64,000 nucleotides of DNA from contig OZ245838.1 of NCBI GenBank assembly GCA_965228735.1, positions 3,328,001 to 3,392,000 of the forward strand, in the 5' to 3' direction. Below are positions 47,401 to 56,739 of the stretch, piece by piece; position 1 is the stretch's first letter, and every line of letters starts with the position of its first letter. Under the pieces are notes generated by a model. The model made no database searches and was not told the DNA's origin. It worked only from the letters and a program-made list of their open reading frames with translations. Origin of the DNA: Planctomycetota bacterium. Its GTDB lineage: Bacteria > Planctomycetota > UBA1135 > UBA2386. A program made the translations under genes and the position numbers.

Positions 47401-48135
47401 CAGCCGGGCGGCGGTCGGCTGACGCTGTCGACTCGCATCGAACACGTCGTGGAACGGCGCGTGCGTTACGAGGTCATCGAGCCCGGGACCTACGCGGTCA
47501 TCGCGGTGGCAGACGTTGGGACGGGTATCGAACCGGACGATCTGCGGCGCTTGTTCGAGCCGTTCTTCAGCCGCAAGTCGCTCGGCAGCAGCGGCACGGG
47601 CCTCGGGCTGACGATCGCGTGGAACACGGTGCACGAACACGATGGCGTGATCGACGTCGAGAGCACGCCCGGCAAGGGCACGTGCTTCGAGCTCTACCTG
47701 CCGCTGCTGCACGCGCCGACCCCGAGCACGGCGAACGAACCGCCGGCGCCGCGCGGCAACGGCGAGTCGGTGCTCGTCGTCGACGACGAGTCCGAGCAGC
47801 GCCGCCTCGCCGTGGCCGCGCTCGAGGGCCTCGGCTATCGCGCGACGGCCGTCGCCACCGCCGCCGACGCGGTCGACCTCGCGAACGATTCGACGTTCGA
47901 TCTCTACGTGCTCGACGTGATGCTCGGCCCCGACTCCGACGGCATCGCGGCGTTCCGTGCGATCCGCGAAGTCGCACCCGACGCGCGCGCGATCCTCGCG
48001 ACCGGCCACACGGACGAAGCGCGTTCGGCGCTCGCGCGCGAGCTCGGGATCACGACCCGGCTCGACAAGCCGTACACGATCGCGGCGCTCGCGATCGCCG
48101 TGCGGCAGGGTCTCGACGGCGCGCGCCTGACGTAG
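44443..48135 (+). CDS. hybrid sensor kinase (Reg_prop beta-propeller, Y_Y_Y, HisKA, HATPase, REC)
   Basis: DGLPQNTV, repeated ED..G.LWVGT, YANLPPGEYEF, AHDLNN, GTGLGL, VDDE..LDVML. Confidence 0.93.
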   Translation: MSRRRVARLALAALLLANGSNAQRVLRSFTADDGLPQNTVNCLLQDHLGFLVFGTQSGIAWYDGKRFTTYRADPADPDSLPIDNVWAMVERRPGELWFGGHQGLAVLDRRTGRARRIETPIANLSVYALMVDASERLWVGAAQGLLLIGDDDRFMQREGALDRAYVTGLAPARDGGLWVATNGQGLHYFDPLAGTSRPYRHDDEDPRSLSNDRVWSVLETSDGTVWAGTRVGLNRLDHETGAWDHFRHHPNDATSLPSDWVWRMLEDSGGRLWVGTRQGGLALYNPATATFEAFRRSNAEPRALIGDRVASLAEDRRGRLWVGTTGGVSLIAPRPAPFEPWGPEAKTADTLPNTTTWGITDAQSRLWICTYEGLWVVDPQAGTQQAFRHDPEDPTSINSDSVYHVAEDAEGQVLVGTARGLCRFDSATDTFTRFENDPENPDSLHLGGVYRLYRDRRDRLWIAAGSSLDRWLGNGRFAHCRPDARKRRAIYSITEDTAGRIVFGGHDGLWRRHDDGTIERLGEHVDALRRGVLTIEPTGDDQLWVGGQLGLVHLDLATGKTRTIDESDGLPSPIVNTVVESPTGELWVSTNWGLARIVDVNTATERIFRYTGSDLLPGNEFNMGSACLDSRGRLHFGGIAGIISFDPTRIPVPIPDPVVIATANAGMSGRPVTAGSRTRPRSKNLLLPPYAAHLEFGSEHSLVKFQFAVMQFEHTDRSRFEYRLAGLDDWVAVDEDSVTYANLPPGEYEFEVRGRNNAGVWADAVNSIRVTVLPAWWQSTWFFVFGSCAAAVLLAGAWRLRTRQLRRHTDLLELRAAERTEELSTTVESLRTEIVNSRQLRGRLEQARKMETFGVIAAGVAHDLNNALSGIVTLPDLLLARMPEDDPMRKSIADIRGAGERAATIVRELQSMGRRRPLSLTPTDLNELVTSYCRSPEFEQLAANHPDVAVVVDVPKGEDAEPVTIAAAPEQLVRALANLALNGFECQPGGGRLTLSTRIEHVVERRVRYEVIEPGTYAVIAVADVGTGIEPDDLRRLFEPFFSRKSLGSSGTGLGLTIAWNTVHEHDGVIDVESTPGKGTCFELYLPLLHAPTPSTANEPPAPRGNGESVLVVDDESEQRRLAVAALEGLGYRATAVATAADAVDLANDSTFDLYVLDVMLGPDSDGIAAFRAIREVAPDARAILATGHTDEARSALARELGITTRLDKPYTIAALAIAVRQGLDGARLT

Positions 48136-48156
48136 GGCCGAGCAGCCGCACGCGAC

Positions 48157-49965
48157 TCAACGCCGAACGAGCACCTGCACCGAGTTCGTCGCGTAGAGCT
48201 GCCCCGTCGCGGCCTCGTACGAGAAGCCCTGCACGTGGAACCGCAGACCCTCGAGGCTCGGATCGGCCGGGATCGGCACGGTCAGCGACGCGGTCGGCGC
48301 CGCGGCCGAGAAGCCGCCGAGGCCGAGCGGGACGACGGGCGTCGCGAGCAGGATGCGGCCGGACCAGCCGTAGAGCGGCTGGTTGTCGGGCGTCACGCTG
48401 CCGAGGAACGACCAGAGGTCGTTCGCCCCGGCACTGAACGGCGGCACGAGGTCGACGTAGGACGACAGCCCGGTGCGCGGTTCGCCGCGCAGCTTCAGAC
48501 CGCGCGCGATCCCCGTGGCCGCCAGCAACTCGGCGGCGTCCGGGCGGTTGCCGATGATCGGGATCGTCGGCGTGCCGGTGGTCTGCAGCAGACTGCGGAT
48601 CGCGGCGCCATCCAGCGCGGCCGCCGCCGCCGGATCGAGCTGCGCGACCGCGGCGCCGCGCAGACCGGCGACGACGCCCGTCACGATCGCGCTCGCCGAC
48701 GACGTGCCGCCGAACCCCGAGGCGTAGAGCTGGCGCGGATCACCCGGGTCGAACATCGTGCCGTAGCCCGCGGTCGTGACCCAGTAGCCCCAGCCGTTGC
48801 AGTCGATGCGCGAACCGTAGTTGCTGAAGTTGGCACGCGACGCGATGCCCGCGCCCGACGCCGCGACGACGATCGCCCCCGAGTCGCGCACGTTGCGATT
48901 GAACAGCCCCCCGAGCTGCGGATGGTCGAGATCGACGCTGCCGTTGCCCGCCGCCTCGACGACGATGATGCCGAGCCCGGTCGCGGTCTCGATCGCGTCG
49001 TAGATCAGCTGGTCCCACTCCACGGGCAGATACAGGAAGCCGATCGGCCCGGCGATCTGCTGCTCGATCAGCAGCACGTCGCCGGCGGACAGAACCGTCA
49101 ACCCGGTGAGGATCGCGCCCGCGACGTCGGGCCAGCCGAACGCTTCCGACGTCGACACGTAGAACTCGACATCGGGCGCCAGACCCGTCACGCCGTAGCG
49201 GTCCGGATCGGCAGCGATGATGCCGGCGACCGCGGTGCCGTGGTCCTCGTAGAAGCCGCCGAACGGCAGTCCCACGTTCGAACTCGGCCGCAGTGCCGAG
49301 ATGTCCTCGTGCTGCAGCTGCCAGCCGTACTCGACGTCGACCACGCGGATGCCGTTCCCCGAACCGCCGGTCAGGAACAGTAACGCCGCGGCATCGACGC
49401 CCGACGGTGCGGGCATGCGGTGCCCCTGGAACGTCGTGAAGTCGGGCGTCGTCGGCGGGATGTCGCCGAACGGCCGCGCAGCCTCGGTCGAGAGCACGCC
49501 GGGCGGCGGCGCGGGCAGCGACCGGACGTAGGCGAGCTCGACGACCGCGAGTTCGTTGAGTGCGCGCACGAGCGCGCGTGAATCGTGACCGCCGGTCGTC
49601 GTCACCTCGAAGTAGAGCCCGAAGTCGACCGCGGGCCGCGCCCCGTCCGGCAGCGAGGCGAGCTGGCGGGCGCGCAACGCCGCGAGCTCACGCTCCTGGC
49701 GTTCGAAGAACGGCCGCACCTGCCGGCCGCCGAGCACCTCGCGGATCGAGGCATCGACGATGCGCCGGTCGCGCACGAGCTCCGGCCGGCCCTCGACGAG
49801 CTTCACGAGCACCCGATCCTGCGCCGCCGCGACGGGCAGGTCGTTGGCGATCGCCTTCGGCATGACGACGCGCCGCGGCATACCTGCCTGCGCGCAGAGC
49901 GGACCGAGACCGGCGGAGAACGTCATCGCGAACGCGGCGACGCCGAGCAGGGAGCAGCGGTTCAT
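48157..49965 (-). CDS. secreted S8 (subtilase) serine peptidase
   Basis: VDVEYG, DHGTAVAG, AAGNG, FSNYG, GGTSSAS. Confidence 0.92.
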   Translation of the reverse strand: MNRCSLLGVAAFAMTFSAGLGPLCAQAGMPRRVVMPKAIANDLPVAAAQDRVLVKLVEGRPELVRDRRIVDASIREVLGGRQVRPFFERQERELAALRARQLASLPDGARPAVDFGLYFEVTTTGGHDSRALVRALNELAVVELAYVRSLPAPPPGVLSTEAARPFGDIPPTTPDFTTFQGHRMPAPSGVDAAALLFLTGGSGNGIRVVDVEYGWQLQHEDISALRPSSNVGLPFGGFYEDHGTAVAGIIAADPDRYGVTGLAPDVEFYVSTSEAFGWPDVAGAILTGLTVLSAGDVLLIEQQIAGPIGFLYLPVEWDQLIYDAIETATGLGIIVVEAAGNGSVDLDHPQLGGLFNRNVRDSGAIVVAASGAGIASRANFSNYGSRIDCNGWGYWVTTAGYGTMFDPGDPRQLYASGFGGTSSASAIVTGVVAGLRGAAVAQLDPAAAAALDGAAIRSLLQTTGTPTIPIIGNRPDAAELLAATGIARGLKLRGEPRTGLSSYVDLVPPFSAGANDLWSFLGSVTPDNQPLYGWSGRILLATPVVPLGLGGFSAAAPTASLTVPIPADPSLEGLRFHVQGFSYEAATGQLYATNSVQVLVRR

Positions 49966-50046
49966 GGCTTCCCGCACATACTCCGGCCGGAGCGCGCGGT
50001 AACGCAACAGGGCGCACCTGGCCGCATGGAGAACGAGCGGAAACGC

Positions 50047-51504
50047 TCAGCGCATCGCCGCGCGGCAGCGGGAGACGATCCCGGACGCGCGCTCGACCTC
50101 GCGCGGGCCGACGCCGCGGGATCGGCCGGCGAGCTCGGCGGCCCGCTCCGCGTGATCGAGCGCGCGCGTCGGCTGATCGCCGGCGAGCAGCAGCTCGGCG
50201 AGGGTGAGGCGGAGCAACACCTCGGTCTCGGGACAGCGTTCGACGATCGCCGCGAGCTCGCGCTCGAGTCGGTCGATCGTGGCGACCGCGATCGTCACGG
50301 ACTCCGCGGCGAGCGCGACGAGGCTGCGTTCGTAGGCCGCAGCGGCCTGCCGCGCCTGCGTGTGCGCGCCCCAGCCGAGGCTCGCCTCCGCCTGCGCCTC
50401 GCGGCGCCCGAGATGCGCCGAGATCCAGCCGACCGCGAGCGCGAGCACGACGGCAGCGGCGAACGCGAGCGACCAGGAGTGGCGCCGCGCGAAGAGACGC
50501 GAACGCCGCAACGCATCGACCGGCCCCGCTCTCACCGGCTCGTGCGCGAGAAACCGCCGCAGGTCCGCGCCCATCGCAGAAGCGGACGGGTACCGGTCCG
50601 CCGGCCGGGCCGCGGTCGCGCGTTCGACGATCGCCCGCAGATCCGCTTCGGTGACGCGGCCGTCGGGATCGCCCGTGAGCAGTTCCTGCAGCAATCGACC
50701 GAGTGCGAACACGTCGCTTGCCGCGGTCACCGGGGCTCCGGTCAGTTGCTCGGGACTCGCGTACGCGGGCGTCATCGGCGCCGACCCATCGCCGGCACCG
50801 TCGTCGAGCATCGTCGCGATCCCGAAGTCGAGCAGGCGCGGCGCACCGTCGCCCAGAACGAGCACGTTGGACGGTTTGAGATCGCGATGGACGACGAGCT
50901 GCGTGTGCGCGTACTGCAGCGCATCCGCAACGCGAGCGCCGAGCGCGACTCGCTCCGCCACGGACCTCGCCTCTGCCCAATCCAGCGCCGTCATGCCGTC
51001 CACGAACTCCATCGCGAGGAACGGGCGACCGTCCGGCAACGCTCCGACATCGAGGAACGTGACGATGAGCTCGTGGTCGAGCCGCGCGAGCGTCGCACGT
51101 TCGCGCTCGAAGCGCCGCAGGAACGCGGCCGAGTCGAGCCCTTCGCGCAGCACCTTGAGGGCGACGCGACGCCGCGTCCCGGCGACGATGCGAACGGCGC
51201 GGTAGACGTGCGCCATGCCGCCCGTCGCCACGTGCGCCTCGATCTCGTAGCCGCGCTCGCCGTCGCCGATCACCGTGCCGCAGAGCGCCTCGGGGTCGTC
51301 GTCCTGCTGCAGCCGTTCGAGCAAGTCACCGGCACCGCGTTCGAACTCGGCCAACGGTCGGCGCGCCGCGGTGAGCATGGCGCGCAGCTCGGAAGCCAGG
51401 GCCGGGTCGCCGTCGCATCGTTCTCGCAACAGCCGTTCCTGCTCGGACACCGGCAGGTCCACCCCTCTGTCGAACAGCTCCGTGAGTCTCTGGAAGCGGC
51501 TCAT
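50047..51504 (-). CDS. membrane Ser/Thr kinase with TPR-like C-terminus (ECF-associated)
   Basis: GGMAHVY, VALK, HRDLKPSN, DFG, TPAYASPE; ATG 51504 overlaps ECF stop. Confidence 0.9.
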   Translation of the reverse strand: MSRFQRLTELFDRGVDLPVSEQERLLRERCDGDPALASELRAMLTAARRPLAEFERGAGDLLERLQQDDDPEALCGTVIGDGERGYEIEAHVATGGMAHVYRAVRIVAGTRRRVALKVLREGLDSAAFLRRFERERATLARLDHELIVTFLDVGALPDGRPFLAMEFVDGMTALDWAEARSVAERVALGARVADALQYAHTQLVVHRDLKPSNVLVLGDGAPRLLDFGIATMLDDGAGDGSAPMTPAYASPEQLTGAPVTAASDVFALGRLLQELLTGDPDGRVTEADLRAIVERATAARPADRYPSASAMGADLRRFLAHEPVRAGPVDALRRSRLFARRHSWSLAFAAAVVLALAVGWISAHLGRREAQAEASLGWGAHTQARQAAAAYERSLVALAAESVTIAVATIDRLERELAAIVERCPETEVLLRLTLAELLLAGDQPTRALDHAERAAELAGRSRGVGPREVERASGIVSRCRAAMR

Positions 51505-52013
51505 CGATCCTCCTCGAGCATGTGCTGTTGCAACCACGCGGCGGCGAGCTGCCACCGGCGCTTCACCGAGCGCTCCGACAGGTGCAGCGTCACGGCGAGC
51601 TCCGCCACCGACTGCCCGCCGTAGAACTTCAGCTCCGCGAGCCGCGCGAGCTCGGCGTCGATCCCGGCGAGAGCCGTGAGCGCGGCGTCGAAGTCGAGCG
51701 CGAAGTCCTGCGGCTCGGGCCGCGCGGCGAGTCCGCTGATCGTCGTGCGACGCAGGCCGGCGCCGCGCTTGCCCGCCTGTCGCCGGCGCGCGTGATCCGT
51801 GAGGATCCGCCGCATCGCCTGCGCCGCGAGACCGAGGAACGCGCCGCGCTCGAGCTCGGGCGCATTGCGGCTCCGGCTGAGCCGCAGCCAGACCTCGTGC
51901 GCGAGCGCGGTCGGCTCGAGCGTGTGGTCGGACCGTTCGCCGGCCATCGCGGCGTCGGCCAGCTGGCGCAGCTCGGCGTAGACCACGGGCAACAGGTCGG
52001 TTTGCTCGGACAT
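51501..52013 (-). CDS. ECF sigma factor, TIGR02999 (planctomycete/verrucomicrobial kinase-associated) type
   Basis: LLPVVYAELRQLA, HTLEPTALAHEVWLRL, AMRRILTDHARR..KRG, SERSVKRRW..AWL. Confidence 0.92.
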   Translation of the reverse strand: MSEQTDLLPVVYAELRQLADAAMAGERSDHTLEPTALAHEVWLRLSRSRNAPELERGAFLGLAAQAMRRILTDHARRRQAGKRGAGLRRTTISGLAARPEPQDFALDFDAALTALAGIDAELARLAELKFYGGQSVAELAVTLHLSERSVKRRWQLAAAWLQQHMLEEDR

Positions 52014-52132
52014 CTCGGTGGACACAGTCTCGGGAGGAGAGCGCGCGGGGGCAGGGTGGCGGGCCACTTTTTCGGCGATTGGCCCGCGCCGCGACGATCG
52101 GGCGCTCTTGCGGCGGATACCCGACCAAGGCC

Positions 52133-53578
52133 ATGAACGTGAACCGCCGCCAGCTCATCTGCTCGTTCGGAACGACCCTCGCCTACGCCCGCCTGCGCCC
52201 GCTGCTGCGGGGTCGCGAACCGGCCGCGGGCGCCGCGCCCTCGCTCACAGGACCGGCCGGCACCGACCCGTTCCTCGCCGCCGTGATCGCGGGCGACCTG
52301 GAGCGCGTGCGAGCGCTGCTGGCGGACGACCCGAAGCTGGCCACGTGCCGCGACGACCGCGACCGCTCCGCATTCGTGCTCGCGTTCGTGCACGGCCACC
52401 TCGACGTGGCCGAGGCGATCCAGGACACCGGCATCGAGCTCGACACCATCGAGGCCGTGCTCGCCGCGGATTGGGACCGCTTCGCGGCGTGCGTCGAGGC
52501 CGACCGCGAAGACCTCACACGCGCGCACCCGATCGGCGGCACGCCGCTGCACGCGGCTGCGCTGAGCGGGTGCACGTCGAACTGGCGGCTGCGCAGCGCG
52601 GGCTGCGAACCCGACGCGATCCCCGCGGGCGGCAACGGCTTCACGGCCGCGCGCACCGCGATGGACGCGGCGCACCCGCACTGGGCGCGCATCGCGCTCG
52701 CGGACCTCTGCAGCAACGGCGCCGACGTCAATGCAGCGCAACGAGGCGGCAGCTCGGTGCTGCACGGTGCGGTCCGGCACCGCGACGAGAAGCTGGTGCG
52801 ACTCGCGGTCCGCAAGGGCGCGGACGTCACGGCCAAAGACGCCGAAGGTCGCACCGCCGCGGACCTCGCGACCGCGAGCGGCTGGGCCGCGGGCGCGAAG
52901 TTGCTCGGCAACCACGCCACGCTGCCCCGCGACAACCGCGCATCGCGCTTCGCCCTCGATGCCAATCGCGAGCCGATCGAGTTCCCCGACATGAGCGCCG
53001 TGCCGCAAGAACTGCAGAGCCGCGTGACCGGTAACTCGCACTTCCGGCTCCCCGTCGTGCGCGACCTCCTGAAGCAGAACCCGCAGCTCACGTTCTCGAT
53101 CTCGACCGACGACGAGCTCGCGATCGAAGCGTCCGCGCACATCGGCAGCCGTGACATCATCCGCCTGCACCTCGACCACGGCGCGCCGCTGTCGTTGCCG
53201 ACCGCGGTCTCGCTCGGTGACCTCGAGAGCGTCAAGTTCTGGCTCGACCGCGACCCGACCCTCGTGCACGAACGCGGCGCGCACGACTTCCCGCCGCTGT
53301 TCTTCGCGGTCTTCGGCGAAGGCTCCGTCGAGATGGCCGAACTGCTGCTCGCCCGCGGCACCCCGATCGACCAGGACAGCGCCGGCCACACCGCGCTGCA
53401 CTGGTGCGTGAAGCGCCGCGAGCACGACCTCGCCGCGTTCCTGCTCGAGAACGGCGCCGACTCCGAACCCGTCGGTCACCTCTGGGAACGCGCCGGCGAG
53501 ACGCCGCTGCAGGTCGCCCGTGCCGCCGACGACCAGAAGATGATCGCGGTCCTCGAGGGCGCGGGCGCCCGCCGCTGA
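52133..53578 (+). CDS. Tat-exported ankyrin repeat protein
   Basis: NRRQLI; GTPLHAAA, SVLHGAV, GADVT, GHTALHW, GETPLQVA. Confidence 0.85.
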   Translation: MNVNRRQLICSFGTTLAYARLRPLLRGREPAAGAAPSLTGPAGTDPFLAAVIAGDLERVRALLADDPKLATCRDDRDRSAFVLAFVHGHLDVAEAIQDTGIELDTIEAVLAADWDRFAACVEADREDLTRAHPIGGTPLHAAALSGCTSNWRLRSAGCEPDAIPAGGNGFTAARTAMDAAHPHWARIALADLCSNGADVNAAQRGGSSVLHGAVRHRDEKLVRLAVRKGADVTAKDAEGRTAADLATASGWAAGAKLLGNHATLPRDNRASRFALDANREPIEFPDMSAVPQELQSRVTGNSHFRLPVVRDLLKQNPQLTFSISTDDELAIEASAHIGSRDIIRLHLDHGAPLSLPTAVSLGDLESVKFWLDRDPTLVHERGAHDFPPLFFAVFGEGSVEMAELLLARGTPIDQDSAGHTALHWCVKRREHDLAAFLLENGADSEPVGHLWERAGETPLQVARAADDQKMIAVLEGAGARR

Positions 53579-53704
53579 GCGTCGCCTCCCCGGCGCGCCG
53601 TCCACCAAATCCGGTCTGGACGAACGCCCCCTCCGGTCAGTAAGACTGCGTCGTTCCCGGTGGTTGCCGGGGCGCTCCATGCCACCATCAGGAGGGGGCA
53701 CCGA

Positions 53705-55453
53705 ATGACGAGCCACGGTAGCGGACAGGGTCAGCTGTTCGCCGGTCCAGACAGCAGCAAGGCGGCAGACGACATGGCGACGAAGAAGGCGGCCAAGGCG
53801 CCGTCGAAGGGCAAGCGTTCGCGCACCGAGACGGCCGAGTCGATGGCCAAGCGCCAGCGCGAGATCTCGGTCAGCGAGTTCTTCACCAAGAACCGTCACC
53901 TGCTCGGGTTCGACAGCCCGCGCAAGGCGCTGCTCACGGCGGTCAAGGAGGCGGTCGACAACAGCCTCGACGCGTGCGAGGAAGCGCGCATCCTGCCCGA
54001 CCTGCGCGTCGAGATCCGGCGCGTGAAGGGGCAGGACAACCAGTTCACGATGATCGTCGAGGACAACGGCCCCGGCATCGTGAAGCAGCAGGTGCCGAAC
54101 GTGTTCGGCCGGCTGCTCTACGGCAGCAAGTTCCATCGCCTGCGGCAGAGCCGCGGCCAGCAGGGCATCGGCATCTCGGCGGCGGGCATGTATGGCCAGC
54201 TGACGACGGGAAAGCCGGTGCGCGTGCGCAGCAAGACCGGGCCGCGCGCCGTCCCCCACCAGTTCGACATCCGGATCGACACGGCGAAGAACAAGCCGAT
54301 CACGACCGACAAGGCGATCGAGTGGGAGAAGAAGCGCGGCACCGAGGTCGCGATCGTGCTCGAGGGTGAGTACCGCCGCGGGCAGCGCTCTGTCGAGGAG
54401 TTCATCAAGCTGTGCGCGGTGGCCAACCCGCACGTGACGTTCACGTTCGTCGACCCCGACGGCAACGAGACGGTCTACGAGCGCGGCACGAAGGAACTGC
54501 CGAAGGAGGTCGAGGAGATCAAGCCGCACCCGCACGGCGTCGAGCTCGGCATCCTGCAGAAGATGATGCAGGACAGCGAGAACCGCACGGTCTCGGCGTT
54601 CTTGCAGAGCGACTTCTCGCGCGTCGGCGGCACGGTCGCGAAGAAGATCTGCGAGACCGCGGGCATCAAGCCGACGACCAACCCGCGGCGGCTGGCGACC
54701 GCGGACGCGCAGAACCTCAAGAAGGCGATCGACGCGACCAAGATCAAGGCGCCGCCCTTGAGCTGCATCGCGCCGATCGGCGAGGAGCTGATCATCAAGG
54801 GGCTCAAGAAGGAGGTCGAGGCCGACTACTACATCGCGAGCTCGCGCAACCCGGTCGTCTACCGCGGCCGGCCGTTCGCCGTCGAGGTCGGCCTCGCCTA
54901 CGGCAAGATCGGGCAGTCGCTCGAGATGACGGAGACGGGCAAGATCGTCCAGGTCACGAAGAAGCAGCAGAACCAGGACGCGCTCATGGGTGACGCCGAC
55001 GACCCGGTGAAGCTCATTCGCTACGCCAACCGCGTGCCGCTGCTCTTCCAGCAGTCGGCGTGCGCGGTCACCAAGGCCGTGATCGGCACCAACTGGCGCA
55101 ACTACGGGCTGAGCCAGCCGCGCGGCGCGCTGCCCGTCGGCCCGATGGTCATCTTCGTGCACATCGCGTCGGTGTGGGTGCCGTTCACGAGCGAGTCGAA
55201 GGAGGCGATCGCCGGCTACGACGAGATCCAGGCCGAGCTGCGGCTCGCCCTGCAGGAGTGCGGCCGCAAGGTCGGCATCCACGTGCGCAAGGGCAAGAAG
55301 CTCGCCAACGAGTTCAAGAAGCGCAACTACATCGAGACCTACATCCCGCACGTCGTCGAGGCGCTCAAGGACATCCTGTCGCTCGACGAGAAAGCGACGA
55401 CCAAGGCCACGAGCAACCTCACCGAAGTCCTCGAGAAGAGCCGCAAGCTCTAG
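53705..55453 (+). CDS. top6B: DNA topoisomerase VI subunit B
   Basis: [68 protein letters not shown]. Confidence 0.96.
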   Translation: MTSHGSGQGQLFAGPDSSKAADDMATKKAAKAPSKGKRSRTETAESMAKRQREISVSEFFTKNRHLLGFDSPRKALLTAVKEAVDNSLDACEEARILPDLRVEIRRVKGQDNQFTMIVEDNGPGIVKQQVPNVFGRLLYGSKFHRLRQSRGQQGIGISAAGMYGQLTTGKPVRVRSKTGPRAVPHQFDIRIDTAKNKPITTDKAIEWEKKRGTEVAIVLEGEYRRGQRSVEEFIKLCAVANPHVTFTFVDPDGNETVYERGTKELPKEVEEIKPHPHGVELGILQKMMQDSENRTVSAFLQSDFSRVGGTVAKKICETAGIKPTTNPRRLATADAQNLKKAIDATKIKAPPLSCIAPIGEELIIKGLKKEVEADYYIASSRNPVVYRGRPFAVEVGLAYGKIGQSLEMTETGKIVQVTKKQQNQDALMGDADDPVKLIRYANRVPLLFQQSACAVTKAVIGTNWRNYGLSQPRGALPVGPMVIFVHIASVWVPFTSESKEAIAGYDEIQAELRLALQECGRKVGIHVRKGKKLANEFKKRNYIETYIPHVVEALKDILSLDEKATTKATSNLTEVLEKSRKL

Positions 55454-55462
55454 GAGTCACCC

Positions 55463-56632
55463 GTGGCAGCAAGGAAGAAGAAGGCCATCAAGAAGGCGGC
55501 TCCCAAGAAGCGCAAGAAGCCGATGACCAGGCTCGACAAGGTCACGGTGGAGCAGATCGACGACTGCGCGCAGCACGTCTACGGCAAGATCAGCAAGCGC
55601 GACAAACCGGAGCTCAAGTACCCCGAGCGCTCGCTCAAGAACGCGCGCTACGACAAGAAGAAGGGCGGCTTCCAGATGGGTCGTGGCCGCGTCGAGCGCA
55701 CGCTCACGGTCAACACCGTCAAGACGTTCGCGCAGTCGCTCAAGCTCATGGCGATGAGCAAGGAGATGGTCGTCCAAGACGACTTCGCGACCAAGCGAGA
55801 GGCCTACTACGTCAGCAAGAACTGGGGCGAGGCCAAGTTCAACGAACAGCACGAGTCGGACACCGCGATGGACGACATCGAGGCGCTGTTCAGCCTGCAG
55901 GGCGTCACGCGCGAGCAGCTGCGGTTCCGCCCCGAGGACCACGGCGGCAACGTTGCCGGTTCGCTGGTCGTCATCGATCGTGACCGCGAGACCGGTGCCG
56001 AGGAGCGCATCGACTGCACGCGCTTCGGCAGCGGCTCGTACACGATCCCCAATTCGGTCGAGCACTTCCGGTTCGAGACCAACGCCAAGTTCGTTCTCGT
56101 GATCGAGACCGGCGGCATGTTCTCACGCCTGCACGAGCACAAGTGGTGGCGCGACAGCAACGCGATCATCATCGGCACGAGCGGCGTGCCGACGCGCAGC
56201 ACGCGCCGCTTCATCCGCAAGCTGTCGGACGACAAGAAGCTGCCGGTCTACTGCTTCAACGACTGCGATCCGTACGGGATCAGCAACATCTACCGCACGC
56301 TCAAGGTCGGCTCGGGCAACGCGGTGCACCTCAACAAGTTCTTCTGCGTGCCGCAGGCGCGTTACCTCGGCGTGACGCCGCAGGACATCCTCGACTTCGA
56401 GCTGCAGGACGCGACGCACAAGCTCAAGGAGGTCGACATCAAGCGCGCCAAGGACGCACTCAAGAACGACCCGTTCTTCCAGGCGCACAAGGAATGGCAG
56501 AAGGCCATCCAGCAGATGCTCAAGATGGGCGTCCGCGCCGAGCAGCAGGCGCTCGCGAAGTGGGGCCTGAACTTCGTCATCGACGAGTACCTGCCGCGCA
56601 AATTGGCCGAGCCGAAGAAGTTCCTGCCGTAG
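55463..56632 (+). CDS. top6A: DNA topoisomerase VI subunit A (Spo11 family)
   Basis: TKREAYY catalytic Tyr, QHESD, IETGGMF TOPRIM Glu, DCDPYG, AEQQAL. Confidence 0.96.
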   Translation: MAARKKKAIKKAAPKKRKKPMTRLDKVTVEQIDDCAQHVYGKISKRDKPELKYPERSLKNARYDKKKGGFQMGRGRVERTLTVNTVKTFAQSLKLMAMSKEMVVQDDFATKREAYYVSKNWGEAKFNEQHESDTAMDDIEALFSLQGVTREQLRFRPEDHGGNVAGSLVVIDRDRETGAEERIDCTRFGSGSYTIPNSVEHFRFETNAKFVLVIETGGMFSRLHEHKWWRDSNAIIIGTSGVPTRSTRRFIRKLSDDKKLPVYCFNDCDPYGISNIYRTLKVGSGNAVHLNKFFCVPQARYLGVTPQDILDFELQDATHKLKEVDIKRAKDALKNDPFFQAHKEWQKAIQQMLKMGVRAEQQALAKWGLNFVIDEYLPRKLAEPKKFLP

Positions 56633-56739
56633 CGGGGCCTGCCGGCGGCGCCGCGACGGTTCCGGGTGACCTCGGGCCCCACCCGGGGCTATCGTGGCCC
56701 GGGAAGGGTGGGGAGAAGCTCCACGTTCGGATCCCGACC

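Noticed and set aside
51629..55351. 1240-aa minus-strand ORF and other long shadow ORFs (4100-5671, 6369-7940, 18715-20682, 23889-25802, 28275-30311, 46200-48437, 49585-51624)
   Set aside because: They overlap well-supported genes, are Arg/Ala-rich without motifs, and are expected artefacts of high GC
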